Source: an uncultured bacterium (GTDB taxonomy: Bacteria > Actinomycetota > Actinomycetes > S36-B12). From it: a stretch of 55,715 nt of DNA. This document shows positions 1 through 10,701 of the stretch, one piece after another; the first letter of the stretch is position 1, and the number at the start of each line of letters is the position of its first letter. The stretch is from contig CAINMH010000047.1 in the NCBI GenBank assembly GCA_903850745.1, forward strand, positions 1-55,715. Reading direction: 5' to 3'. The notes under the pieces are model-generated. The model worked only from the letters and a program-made list of their open reading frames with translations, made no database searches and was not told the DNA's origin. A program made the position numbers and the translations under genes.

Positions 1-655
1 ACTCCCCGATGTCTCCGATGTTGTTGTCGGTGTTCTTGGTGGCACAGGTGAACAAGGAAGGGGATTGGCTCTGCGGCTTGCGATTTCGGGTATTCGCGTA
101 TCAATCGGATCGCGTGATGCCGGTCGCGCGAGTGAGTCCGCTGATGAGCTGGGTCACGGAGTAACGGGGCTCTCCAATGAGGATTGCGCGAGCCAATCTG
201 ACGTCGTCATCATCGCGGTGCCCTGGGATGGACACGAGAAAATTCTGACCGGTCTTCGCACACAATTGGTGGGCAAGATCGTCGTGGATTGTGTCAACCC
301 GCTGGGATTCGACGCTGGTGGAGCATTCGCCCTGTCAGTCGCCGACGGATCTGCGGCCCAGCAGGCAGCCGCACTTCTACCGGAAAGTTCGGTTGTCGGA
401 GCGTTCCACCACGTCTCAGCAGTCACACTTCTCGACCTCACCCAGGAGACGATCGACACCGACATCATGGTCGTGGGTGATGACCGATCGGCCACTGACA
501 CGGTCCAAGCACTCGCCTCGCGAATCCCTGGGATGCGGGGGATTTATGCCGGCAAGTTGCGCAACGCGGGGCAAGTAGAAGCCCTCACGGCAAATTTGAT
601 TTCCGTGAATCGTCGCTACAAGGCGCACGCAGGACTCCGCGTCACCGACGTGTAA
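1..655 (+). CDS. npdG: NADPH-dependent F420 reductase (5'-partial, start off-window)
   Basis: The frame of ORF 65..655 stays open back to nt 2. It encodes the Rossmann motif VVGVLGGTGEQGRGLALRLA upstream of the listed TTG, and nt 2-64 contain no in-frame ATG/GTG/TTG. The motif pattern plus IIAVPW is typical of NpdG-type reductases. Confidence 0.75.
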   Translation, partial: LPDVSDVVVGVLGGTGEQGRGLALRLAISGIRVSIGSRDAGRASESADELGHGVTGLSNEDCASQSDVVIIAVPWDGHEKILTGLRTQLVGKIVVDCVNPLGFDAGGAFALSVADGSAAQQAAALLPESSVVGAFHHVSAVTLLDLTQETIDTDIMVVGDDRSATDTVQALASRIPGMRGIYAGKLRNAGQVEALTANLISVNRRYKAHAGLRVTDV

Positions 656-658
656 CCC

Positions 659-1498
659 TCAAGCGTAGGCGTGTGCCTCGTCGGGGTAAGCCCCTGAGGT
701 TACGTCTGCGGCCCACCCGGTGACCGCTGCGGTAAGAACACCGCGAAGGTCGGCGTATGGCTTGACGAATTTCGGGAGCGGTCCAGCGGACAGTCCCACG
801 AGGTCCTGCCAGACCAATACCTGAGCATCGGTGCTTGCCCCGGCCCCGATCCCGATGGTCGGGATAGACAAGGAAGCTGTAACTCGAGCGGCCAAATCTG
901 CGGGAACAACTTCGAGAACTACCGCACTCGCGCCCGCTGCCTCCAGCGCCTTGGCGTCGTACATCACTTGTTCGCCTGACTCACCGCGGCCTTGGACCCG
1001 GTAGCCGCCCAACACATTGACTGACTGCGGGGTGAGACCAAGGTGGCCGATAACGGGAATTCCGGACTCGACGAGCAGCTCAACCTGAGCTAGGACGCGG
1101 CGTCCACCTTCTAACTTGATGGCGTGAGCACCCGCCTCTTTCATGAATCGAGCCGCCGTGTCGAGTGCCTGAGCTGGAGAGGATTGGTATGAACCAAAAG
1201 GCAGATCGGCGACGACGAGAGCGCGGGACGATCCGCGGACAACTGCACGGACTAGCGGCATGAGTTCGTCGACAGTGATGGGGACGGTGGAGTCGTAGCC
1301 GTAGACCACCATGGCGGCGGAGTCGCCCACCAACAGGACGGGGAACCCAGCATCATCAAAAATCCGAGCAGTCATGGCGTCGTAGGCGGTGAGCATGGGC
1401 CACTTTTCGCCGCGGACTTTCGCTGCGATGAGGTCGCGGACTGTGACGCGCTTCGATGAGGTGCCTCCGTAGAGGGCCTCTTGTGCAGAGTTCGACAT
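659..1498 (-). CDS. panB: 3-methyl-2-oxobutanoate hydroxymethyltransferase
   Basis: Contains [40 protein letters not shown] and [11 protein letters not shown]. The longest start (TTG at 1540) has no SD. The in-frame ATG at 1498 has GGGAG 8-9 nt upstream, so it was chosen. Confidence 0.9.
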   Translation of the reverse strand: MSNSAQEALYGGTSSKRVTVRDLIAAKVRGEKWPMLTAYDAMTARIFDDAGFPVLLVGDSAAMVVYGYDSTVPITVDELMPLVRAVVRGSSRALVVADLPFGSYQSSPAQALDTAARFMKEAGAHAIKLEGGRRVLAQVELLVESGIPVIGHLGLTPQSVNVLGGYRVQGRGESGEQVMYDAKALEAAGASAVVLEVVPADLAARVTASLSIPTIGIGAGASTDAQVLVWQDLVGLSAGPLPKFVKPYADLRGVLTAAVTGWAADVTSGAYPDEAHAYA

Positions 1499-1590
1499 GG
1501 CACTGCTCCCATCTCGAGGCTCGGACGAGTCCCCGGACAAGAGAAGTCTGCCACGTGATTGCCCCTAGAGCCAGCAGGGCAGCCCAATAG

Positions 1591-3201
1591 CTATTGGCGT
1601 GGATCTCGCCAGCGGTTGGTGATGGGTAGCCGACGGTCCCTGCCGAAGGCTCGCCTAGAAATTTTGGTTCCCGGGGGATACTGACGCCGCTTGTACTCTG
1701 CCGCATCAGTGAGTCCCACGACTCGCACCACAGTCTCTGGATCAAACCCCATGGCGATGAGCTCTCCAACGCTCGCGTCCTGTTCCACGTAGCCGTCGAG
1801 GATCGCGTCCAGAATCGCGTAGTCAGGCAATGAGTCGGAATCGAGCTGGTCAGGCCGCAACTCTGCGCTGGGTGGTTTGGTAATACTGCTCTCCGGGATC
1901 GGTGGGGGACCAGGTTGTGCGTTGCGCCAACGAGCGAGCTCCCATACGAGCGTCTTGGCAACGTCCTTGATGGGAGCGAAACCGCCGACGGCATCGCCGT
2001 AGATCGTGGAGTAGCCGACGGAGACCTCGCTCTTGTTCCCTGTTGCTAGGACGAGATGACCCTCAGAGTTCGAGATTGCCATCAATGTGGCACCGCGCAC
2101 ACGTGCTTGCAGATTCTCTTCGGCCAGACCAGTGAGGTCGAGATTGGTGGAGTACGCCGCCATCATGTCCGCGATAGCGACAGTTCGATAATGCAGGCCG
2201 GTTCGGGCAGCTAGCTCCGCTGCATCGTCACGAGAATGCCGGGAAGAGTAGACGCTTGGCATCGAGACGCCATACACATTCTCGCTGCCAATAGCGTCGC
2301 AGGCGATAGCCGCGACAAGCGCAGAGTCAATGCCGCCGGAAAGCCCCAGCACAACTGACCGGAATCCGTTCTTGCGTACGTAGTCGCCCAGTCCAGTAAC
2401 GAGCGCGGAGTACACCTCCGCGGTCTCGGAAAGCCGGGGGGCCACTTGGCCAAGTCCCGATCCTAGATCTACGTGCAGTACGAACTCGTCAAATTGGGGC
2501 GCACGGCCGAGGACCTCGCCGTTCGAATCAACCACGATCGAATCACCGTCAAACACGAGTTCGTCCTGACCGCCGACCATGTTGACGTAGGCAAGAGCGC
2601 ACTGGGCCTCTTTCGCTCGTCGTTGACACAGTTCTAGGCGTTCGTCATCCTTATCGCGTTCGTAAGGAGACCCATTAATAACAACAAGCAAGTTGGCCTG
2701 GGATTCACGAGCCCATCGCACTGGCCCACCGTCCTGCCATAGGTCCTCGCATATGGCGATGGCCACACGTGAGTCTCCCATGTCGATAAATGTCGGGGTG
2801 TCTCCCGGAATGAAATAGCGGAATTCGTCGAAGACGCCGTAGTTGGGCAAGTGATGCTTGAAGTATGTGGCGATGACGTGACCCCGATGGATGACGGCGG
2901 CAGCATTGACTGGGCCGCCACGTGGCCGACCGGGTGAGGAGGTCTCCGTGCTGTCGAGATAACCAATGACCAAATGTGCGCTGACATCGTGGAGGTGTGC
3001 CGCGAGTTCGTGTAGAGCCGACTTCGAGGCGGCTTGAAACGAGGGCCGCAGGGCTAGATCCTCTATGGGGTAACCAGTTAAGACCATTTCAGGGAAGATG
3101 ATCAGATCTGCGTCAGTAGACCTCGCGATCCGTGCGACGAGGTCCGCATTGCCGGCGAGATCCCCAACGGTCGGATTGACCTGGGCCAGAGCGATACGCA
3201 T
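1591..3201 (-). CDS. nadE: Glutamine-dependent NAD+ synthetase (nitrilase domain + NAD synthetase domain)
   Basis: An N-terminal CN-hydrolase domain (MRIALAQVNPTVGDL, CEDLW) is fused to a synthetase domain with the LSGGIDS PP-loop. Confidence 0.9.
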   Translation of the reverse strand: MRIALAQVNPTVGDLAGNADLVARIARSTDADLIIFPEMVLTGYPIEDLALRPSFQAASKSALHELAAHLHDVSAHLVIGYLDSTETSSPGRPRGGPVNAAAVIHRGHVIATYFKHHLPNYGVFDEFRYFIPGDTPTFIDMGDSRVAIAICEDLWQDGGPVRWARESQANLLVVINGSPYERDKDDERLELCQRRAKEAQCALAYVNMVGGQDELVFDGDSIVVDSNGEVLGRAPQFDEFVLHVDLGSGLGQVAPRLSETAEVYSALVTGLGDYVRKNGFRSVVLGLSGGIDSALVAAIACDAIGSENVYGVSMPSVYSSRHSRDDAAELAARTGLHYRTVAIADMMAAYSTNLDLTGLAEENLQARVRGATLMAISNSEGHLVLATGNKSEVSVGYSTIYGDAVGGFAPIKDVAKTLVWELARWRNAQPGPPPIPESSITKPPSAELRPDQLDSDSLPDYAILDAILDGYVEQDASVGELIAMGFDPETVVRVVGLTDAAEYKRRQYPPGTKISRRAFGRDRRLPITNRWRDPRQ

Positions 3202-3246
3202 GTACGAAGGCTAAGGCCGCCCCTTAAATCATGGAAATTGGCCCAT

Positions 3247-3262
3247 GTAATGCGCCGGAAAC
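3247..3262 (+). promoter_or_regulatory. Candidate GlnR half-operator (GTAAT-n6-GAAAC) upstream of glnA2
   Basis: GTAAT (3247-3251), a 6-nt spacer, then GAAAC (3258-3262), 24 nt upstream of the glnA2 ATG. This fits the actinobacterial GlnR a-site/b-site pattern gTnAc-n6-GaAAc. Only one a/b pair is present. Confidence 0.3.
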
Positions 3263-3285
3263 ACGACAGGGGGCACACTTGTCCT

Positions 3286-4620
3286 ATGGATAAGCAGACA
3301 GACTTCGTCCTCCGCACCATTGAAGAGCGTGACATTCGCTTCGTACGGCTTTGGTTCACCGATGTGTTGGGGACATTGAAGTCAGTCGCAGTGGCGCCAG
3401 CCGAACTGGAGGCGGCCTTCAGCGAGGGTCTTGGGTTTGATGGATCAGCCATCGAGGGATTCGCTCGTGTGCACGAATCCGACATGCTCGCCCGTCCCGA
3501 TGCGTCGACGTTCTCGGTGCTTCCCTGGCGGTCGGAAGGCCCGGGCGTGGCTCGCATGTTCTGCGACATCCTGATGCCGGACGGAACGCCCTCCTACGCA
3601 GATTCTCGCTATGTGCTTAAGCGCACGCTGTCGCGCGCAGCGGATCTAGGGTTCTCGTTTTATACCCATCCTGAGGTCGAGTTCTATCTGTTTTCGAACT
3701 CCCCGGGAGATGGCCCACCTCAGCCGATTGATCACTATGGCTACTTTGACAACTCGCCCCAGCGGGTCGGTGCGGACTTCCGTCGACAGGCGATCACGCT
3801 GTTGGAGGCCATGGGTATCTCGGTGGAGTTCAGTCACCACGAGGGTGGGCCGGGTCAGCAAGAGATCGACCTTCGTTATGCGGATGCGCTGAGCACTGCG
3901 GACAATCTCATGACATTCCGTTTGGTGATCAAGGAGGTAGCCCTTGAGCAGGGGCTCTACGCATCCTTCATGCCTAAGCCGCTCAATGATGCGCCCGGAT
4001 CCGGAATGCACACCCATCTTTCGCTCTTCGAAGGTGATCGCAATGCGTTTTATGAGGCTGGCGCGCCTTACCAGCTCTCATCGATCGCCCGATCCTTCAT
4101 CGCGGGCCTTCTCACGCACGCGCCCGAGTTCACGGCCGTGACCAATCAGTGGGTCAACTCCTATAAGCGCCTCGCTGCGGGCGGTGAGGCACCGGCATGG
4201 GCCTGTTGGGGACATAACAACAGGTCGGCGATGGTTCGCGTCCCGATGTATAAGCCCTCGAAGGGCAATTCCACGCGCGTTGAGGTTCGCTCTCTTGACA
4301 CCGCCTGCAACCCATACTTGGCCTTGTCCGTGATGCTTGCCGCTGGGCTCAAGGGCATCGAGCAGGGCTATGAATTGCCACCCGGTGCCGAGGATGACGT
4401 ATGGGCGCTTACCTCAGCCGAACGGCGCGCTTTGGGCATGCGCCCGCTGCCCACTAGCCTCGATCAGGCCATCACTGAGATGGAGCGCTCTGAATTGGTG
4501 GCGGAGACTCTTGGCGAGCATGTCTTCGATTTCTTCCTCCGTAATAAGCAGGCAGAGTGGGACGACTACCGGCGCCACGTGACTGGGTGGGAGCTAGACC
4601 GGTACCTTCCTATCCTGTGA
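3286..4620 (+). CDS. glnA2: Glutamine synthetase, GlnA2-type (GSI family)
   Basis: Contains FVRLWFTDVLG, GSGMHTHLS and NPYLA motifs. ATG 3286 (MDKQTDFVLR) is preferred over the upstream TTG 3238. The stop TGA at 4618-4620 overlaps the glnE GTG. The gene lies directly upstream of glnE, as in other actinobacteria. Confidence 0.9.
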   Translation: MDKQTDFVLRTIEERDIRFVRLWFTDVLGTLKSVAVAPAELEAAFSEGLGFDGSAIEGFARVHESDMLARPDASTFSVLPWRSEGPGVARMFCDILMPDGTPSYADSRYVLKRTLSRAADLGFSFYTHPEVEFYLFSNSPGDGPPQPIDHYGYFDNSPQRVGADFRRQAITLLEAMGISVEFSHHEGGPGQQEIDLRYADALSTADNLMTFRLVIKEVALEQGLYASFMPKPLNDAPGSGMHTHLSLFEGDRNAFYEAGAPYQLSSIARSFIAGLLTHAPEFTAVTNQWVNSYKRLAAGGEAPAWACWGHNNRSAMVRVPMYKPSKGNSTRVEVRSLDTACNPYLALSVMLAAGLKGIEQGYELPPGAEDDVWALTSAERRALGMRPLPTSLDQAITEMERSELVAETLGEHVFDFFLRNKQAEWDDYRRHVTGWELDRYLPIL

Positions 4621-7607
4621 GCGACCAACAGCGCACAGCCAGCGATGAGGCTCGCGTTGTTCGGTGGGGATGTGCGCACCCCCAAGTTGCAGTGCAGCAT
4701 GTCGCTCATCTCGAATCGATCTGCCCTCTGCCCGACGCGGGTTGGGATGTGTGTGCACAGGCTGCGGACCCCGATCTTGCTGTGTCACGGCTTGCCCAGC
4801 TCTTGGACACAGCTTTCGGCGGAGCAATCGCCGAAGAGTTGCGCTCTGATCCCGAAGTAGGGTCGCGTCTCGTCGCCGTTCTTGGTGTCTCAGAGGCACT
4901 CGCTGACCATCTCCTTCGCCATCCACGTCAGTGGACCGCAATTGCTCACGCTGAGCTCACTCGGCCGGATGCACTGGACCTGCGTGCGGATCTACTCCGA
5001 GCAGTGGGGGCCGATCCCGAGAGCGCTGAGCCGCGGGCGGCCCTGTCGGAAGAGGCGGCTCTTCTTGCATTGCGGATTGCCTATCGCGAGTGTTTGCTAG
5101 GTACGGCCACTCGCGATGTTGCCTTGGGCGCATCGCTGGATGAGGTCGCTGGGGAACTCGCCGATCTTGCCGATGCCGCATTGGCCGCTGGCCTCGCGAT
5201 TGCCCGGAGTACCTTGGCGCCTGATGCAGAGCCCTGCCGCTTCACCGTAATTGGCATGGGTAAGTGCGGTGGACGCGAATTGAACTACGTGAGCGATGTT
5301 GATGTGATCTTTGTGGCCGAACCACTCCCAGGTGGCGATGAATCGGGTGCCATCAAGACCGCAACGCGCCTCGCCACCGGACTCATGCGGGCCTGCAATG
5401 CGGCCACGGTAGAGGGCTCTCTTTGGGAAGTAGATCCGGCGCTTCGTCCCGAGGGGAAGCAAGGGGTTCTCGTGCGCACTCTTGGGTCCCATGTTGACTA
5501 TTACGATCGCTGGGCAAAGACGTGGGAGTTTCAGGCTCTGTTGAAGGCACGGGTCAGTGCGGGTGATGGCGACCTGGGCGATGCGTACCTTGAGGCGATC
5601 TCGCCCATGGTCTGGCTCGCTGCGCAGCGTGAGGGTTTCGTCAATGACGTACAAGCTATGCGCCGCCGGGTTGAGTCGAACATCCCTGCGCAACATGCCG
5701 AACGTCAGTTAAAGCTGGGTCCAGGCGGATTGCGTGATGTGGAATTTTCGGTGCAGCTGCTTCAACTAGTCCATGGACGCAGTGACGTGATGCTCCGTAG
5801 CCCCACGACGCTAGTAGCGCTTGAGGCGTTGGCGACGTGGGGATATGTAGGGCTCGAAGACGCATCGACTCTTGGCGCTGCCTACAGATTCTTGCGAACG
5901 TTGGAACATCGGATTCAGATTTATGGGTTGAAGCGAACTCATGTGGTGCCCGAAACAGAGTCGGACTTGCGCCGGATCGGTCGGTCCATGGGATTTCGTT
6001 CTGACCCGGTTGCTGAATTGACCAAAGAGTGGCGCCGACATTCGCGTGAAGTTCGCCGAATCCACGAGAAACTCTTCTATCGCCCGCTCCTTAACGCGGT
6101 CGCGCGTTTGGGTCCGGGGGAGGCGAGGCTTACTCCCGCGGCGGCTAGGGATCGCCTGCAAGCGCTGGGCTACCTAGATCCTGCTGGGGCAATGCAGCAA
6201 CTAGAGGCTCTCACTAGCGGCGTGAGTAGGCGAGCGGCCATCCAAAGAACATTGCTCCCGGTGTTGCTCGGCTGGTTCGCCGATGCTCCCGATCCGGACG
6301 CAGGTCTGCTGGCATTCCGCAGAGTGAGTGACGCGCTGGGGTCGACACCGTGGTACCTACGTCTACTGCGAGATGAGTCTTCCACCGCAGAACGAATGGC
6401 GAGACTTCTGTCCTCGAGCGCGTTCGCAACGAATCTTCTGCTCAGTGCACCTGAGGCCGTGTCGCTGCTGGCTGATGAGAAGGAGCTGCAGCCGCGATCA
6501 GCTTGGCAGGTACGCACCGAGTGTGAAGCGGCTGCTGGACGAGCAGAGAATTTGCGAGGAGCAGCGGCGGCGGTGCGTGGCGTGCGACGGCGGGAGATGT
6601 TCCGAATTGCAGCCGGGTCGGTTCTCGGGCTCACAGATGTGGAGGCGATTGGGCGCGGACTCAGCGATATCGCAGATGCGTCGATTGCAGCCACTCTTGA
6701 TGCCGCAATACGCGCTGCTGAAGAGGAGCTGGGTCGTGCATTGCCTACCCGCATCGCCATCATTGGTATGGGCCGGCTGGGGGGCGCCGAACTCTCCTTC
6801 GGCAGCGATGCTGACGTCATGTTTGTGCATGATCCACTTCCTGGGATCGGTGACAAAGAAGCGACAGATATTGCTATGCAGGTCGTGGGTGAGCTTCGCA
6901 GGGTCCTGACGGAACCATCAACCGAACCAGCTCTGGAATTCGACGCGGATCTGCGACCAGAGGGCAAAAGTGGCCCGTTGGTGAGGACTCTCGCCTCGTA
7001 TGCGGCGTATTACGAGCGCTGGTCTGCACCGTGGGAGTCACAAGCCTTGGTGCGGGCCCGAGTGGTCGGTGGCGACCTAGATCTTGGTGCGAACTTCATC
7101 GCCATGGTGGACACATTGCGTTGGCCTGCCGATGGGCTTACGGATGAGGCCATTCGAGAGATTCGACGACTAAAGGCGCGAATGGAAGCTGAACGGCTGC
7201 CGCGTGGGGCAGATCCCACTTTGCACACCAAACTCGGCCGCGGGGGCCTCTCGGACGTCGAGTGGACCGCGCAGTTGCTTCAAATGCAGCACGCGCACAA
7301 GATCGCTGAGCTTCGAACGACGAACACACTGGAGGCTTTGCACGGGTGTGTGTCTGGAGGAGTATTGGGCGAAACTGACGCGGCCGCATTATCCAGTGCC
7401 TGGATTTTGGCAACGCGTGTTCGCGACGCCGTCACTCTCGCACGCGGAATCTCCAATGACGTCGTACCCACTGCTGGCCGCGACCTTGGCGGCGTCGCGC
7501 ACCTTCTGGGCTATCTGCCCAGCGAACGTGGGGCACTCGTGGAGGACTACCGTCGCGTGACTCGTCGAGCCCGGGTAGTGATGGATCGCGTGTTCTATGG
7601 CGTCTGA
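4617..7607 (+). CDS. glnE: Bifunctional glutamine-synthetase adenylyltransferase / adenylyl-removing enzyme
   Basis: About 1000 aa with two nucleotidyltransferase repeats (GKCGGRELNYVSDVDVIFV and GRLGGAELSFGSDADVMFV). GTG 4617 forms a GTGA overlap with the glnA2 stop. Confidence 0.9.
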   Translation: MSDQQRTASDEARVVRWGCAHPQVAVQHVAHLESICPLPDAGWDVCAQAADPDLAVSRLAQLLDTAFGGAIAEELRSDPEVGSRLVAVLGVSEALADHLLRHPRQWTAIAHAELTRPDALDLRADLLRAVGADPESAEPRAALSEEAALLALRIAYRECLLGTATRDVALGASLDEVAGELADLADAALAAGLAIARSTLAPDAEPCRFTVIGMGKCGGRELNYVSDVDVIFVAEPLPGGDESGAIKTATRLATGLMRACNAATVEGSLWEVDPALRPEGKQGVLVRTLGSHVDYYDRWAKTWEFQALLKARVSAGDGDLGDAYLEAISPMVWLAAQREGFVNDVQAMRRRVESNIPAQHAERQLKLGPGGLRDVEFSVQLLQLVHGRSDVMLRSPTTLVALEALATWGYVGLEDASTLGAAYRFLRTLEHRIQIYGLKRTHVVPETESDLRRIGRSMGFRSDPVAELTKEWRRHSREVRRIHEKLFYRPLLNAVARLGPGEARLTPAAARDRLQALGYLDPAGAMQQLEALTSGVSRRAAIQRTLLPVLLGWFADAPDPDAGLLAFRRVSDALGSTPWYLRLLRDESSTAERMARLLSSSAFATNLLLSAPEAVSLLADEKELQPRSAWQVRTECEAAAGRAENLRGAAAAVRGVRRREMFRIAAGSVLGLTDVEAIGRGLSDIADASIAATLDAAIRAAEEELGRALPTRIAIIGMGRLGGAELSFGSDADVMFVHDPLPGIGDKEATDIAMQVVGELRRVLTEPSTEPALEFDADLRPEGKSGPLVRTLASYAAYYERWSAPWESQALVRARVVGGDLDLGANFIAMVDTLRWPADGLTDEAIREIRRLKARMEAERLPRGADPTLHTKLGRGGLSDVEWTAQLLQMQHAHKIAELRTTNTLEALHGCVSGGVLGETDAAALSSAWILATRVRDAVTLARGISNDVVPTAGRDLGGVAHLLGYLPSERGALVEDYRRVTRRARVVMDRVFYGV

Positions 7608-8022
7608 AGAGTGGGTCGTCTTGGATGTGGCGGCTTTGCTGGTGCGTATTCAACTGGGGTTATCGGATCGCCGAGGACGTTCCATTGCTCATCAGAAGGA
7701 GGCGCAGCAGGGCCGCTCGCTTCAGCTCATCCTGGCCTGTGGAGCTTGCGGGTCGCCGACTGCTGGCGTCCTCGCGGATGCATCGTTAGCGACATACCTA
7801 CCTGATTCCTTCACAGATGACGCGATACGGCTCTGCGAGTCGGGATGGCTAAGTCGTTTCAGTTCCACAATGGGTGCTTCAGGTGACATCACCATGCCGT
7901 CGATGCCGATTCCGTGCTCTGGTTGTGGAGTGAGTGTGTCGATTGACGGCTCAGCGCTGTATGTGGTGTGGAACGCGGTGCCCCCTGGCGAAACGGTCGC
8001 CATTGCCCTGCAGCGGGCGTAG
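7597..8022 (+). CDS. Hypothetical 141-aa protein with two CxxC pairs (CGAC ... CSGC)
   Basis: The ORF fills the glnE-to-sulfotransferase gap exactly, and its ATG overlaps the glnE stop by 11 nt. Hydrophobic segments look protein-like (WVVLDVAALLVRIQLGL, ALYVVWNAV). An antisense ORF (7722..8003) shares its wobble positions, so coding status is uncertain. Confidence 0.4.
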   Translation: MASEEWVVLDVAALLVRIQLGLSDRRGRSIAHQKEAQQGRSLQLILACGACGSPTAGVLADASLATYLPDSFTDDAIRLCESGWLSRFSSTMGASGDITMPSMPIPCSGCGVSVSIDGSALYVVWNAVPPGETVAIALQRA

Positions 8023-9135
8023 CTATCCTTTTACGGATTTCGAGGCTCGATTGCCACGAGGTGCTCGGCCGATATTTCCCTGGAGCAATTTCATGGCGAT
8101 ATGTGCGCCGACGGCAGCAACCTCATCGGGGTCTAGGGGAGTTTCAGTGGCCTCGTCTTCGTGAACAATCAGTTCATCTAGATTGCCGAAAATCGGCGCT
8201 CCGGTCTGAGCCAGATCGGCAATATCTTCGCGCGCCCACCGTTGGACTCGCTCGAGATCGGCGCTGGGCAGAAGAAGTGGCCGCCCGCGATCCACTCGAT
8301 TAAGGATTCCGGTATCCAAGAGCCTCCGGATCATGCGCTTCACGTCGCGCCTGGAGAAATCGAGTTCGCGAGCGAGATTATTGAAAGCGAGCAGGAAGGT
8401 CGCTTCGGCCTCAGTGGAACCAGTGTTCGCAGCGAGCGGCGCAATTGGGGGTGCAACGACCGGCAACTCGTCGCGGAGGTCACACGCCGTTCGGAATCGT
8501 TCCCATAGCGAATCTCCGGTGCCGCCCACCGGTGGCACAGTGATGACCGAGACGCTTCCCACGCCCACGAACTGCTCCCAGCGACGCACGAGGTTGCCGT
8601 AGGAATATGAACGCCAGAAACGAAGCGTCCTGCGCGCGTTCCACTGATCGGGGCCCAATTCACGTTCGACAGCACGTCGCTCCAGGAAAGCGGCGTAGTC
8701 AGGGGCGTGGGTGTTGCGCAAGTGTTGCTGCCACGATGAGGGGAAAATCCGGCCAATGTCTCGTGCTGTGACGATGACCTGGATCTCGCCAGTGATTCCC
8801 TCGAGGAACATTTCGACAGCCTCTGGGCGGAAACCGCCGAGTGCCTCGGAGGACACGATGCTGACGCCTTCGTGGCGATTAACGGCTCGAATCAGAGCCG
8901 GATGCGTGTCCTCGTCGGTGCCGAATTCGTCCCACACGATGTCGGCACCTTGGTCAGCAAGGTTTTCGATGGCGAACGCAGCGTGGGCGTGATTGTGGTG
9001 ATTGTGGTTACGGTAAGCGAGGGGATAGAGCACCCCATTAATTCCGGGTTCGGCGGCAACCTTTTGCAGGACCCTTTGCAGGTAGGTAGTTCCTGTTTTT
9101 CGGGGGCCGACATGGACAATCACACGGGTGGACAT
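8023..9135 (-). CDS. Sulfotransferase-fold protein (uncharacterised), with a His-rich NHNHHNHAH insert
   Basis: The N-terminal HVGPRKTGTTYLQ resembles the 5'-phosphosulfate-binding loop (PKxGTTxL), and VTARDIGRIFPSSW resembles the 3'-phosphate-binding RDxxxRxxS element. The sequence does not fit Walker A (no GK[ST]). The ATG at 9135 lies inside the hairpin at 9128-9162. Confidence 0.7.
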   Translation of the reverse strand: MSTRVIVHVGPRKTGTTYLQRVLQKVAAEPGINGVLYPLAYRNHNHHNHAHAAFAIENLADQGADIVWDEFGTDEDTHPALIRAVNRHEGVSIVSSEALGGFRPEAVEMFLEGITGEIQVIVTARDIGRIFPSSWQQHLRNTHAPDYAAFLERRAVERELGPDQWNARRTLRFWRSYSYGNLVRRWEQFVGVGSVSVITVPPVGGTGDSLWERFRTACDLRDELPVVAPPIAPLAANTGSTEAEATFLLAFNNLARELDFSRRDVKRMIRRLLDTGILNRVDRGRPLLLPSADLERVQRWAREDIADLAQTGAPIFGNLDELIVHEDEATETPLDPDEVAAVGAHIAMKLLQGNIGRAPRGNRASKSVKG

Positions 9136-9162
9136 GGAGGAACACTACTCCTCCATGTCCAC
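9128..9162 (-). terminator. Perfect 13-bp stem / 9-nt loop hairpin, 5 nt after the glnA1 stop. It also sequesters the SD and ATG of the sulfotransferase gene
   Basis: On the plus strand, 9128-9140 GTGGACATGGAGG pairs with 9150-9162 CCTCCATGTCCAC. On the minus-strand RNA, the GGAGG arm pairs with CCTCC-ATG (start codon 9135-9133). There is no clear U-tract. Confidence 0.5.
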
Positions 9163-9167
9163 ACAGA

Positions 9168-10592
<1,425 letters not shown>

Positions 10593-10701
10593 TGATCCTC
10601 CGACATCCGGTGCCTCGTATTTGCCTCATGAACGGATCGGTCCGTGCCACGAGGCGCAGTCAACCACGTACCCATCCAGTACCCAAGGATAGGCTCCCGG
10701 G

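Noticed and set aside
7722-8003. 93-aa minus-strand ORF downstream of the sulfotransferase gene
   Set aside because: It shares wobble positions with the 141-aa plus-strand ORF. Its Ser/Pro/Ala-rich translation looks less protein-like, and it does not fill the gap. It remains the alternative if the plus ORF proves non-coding.
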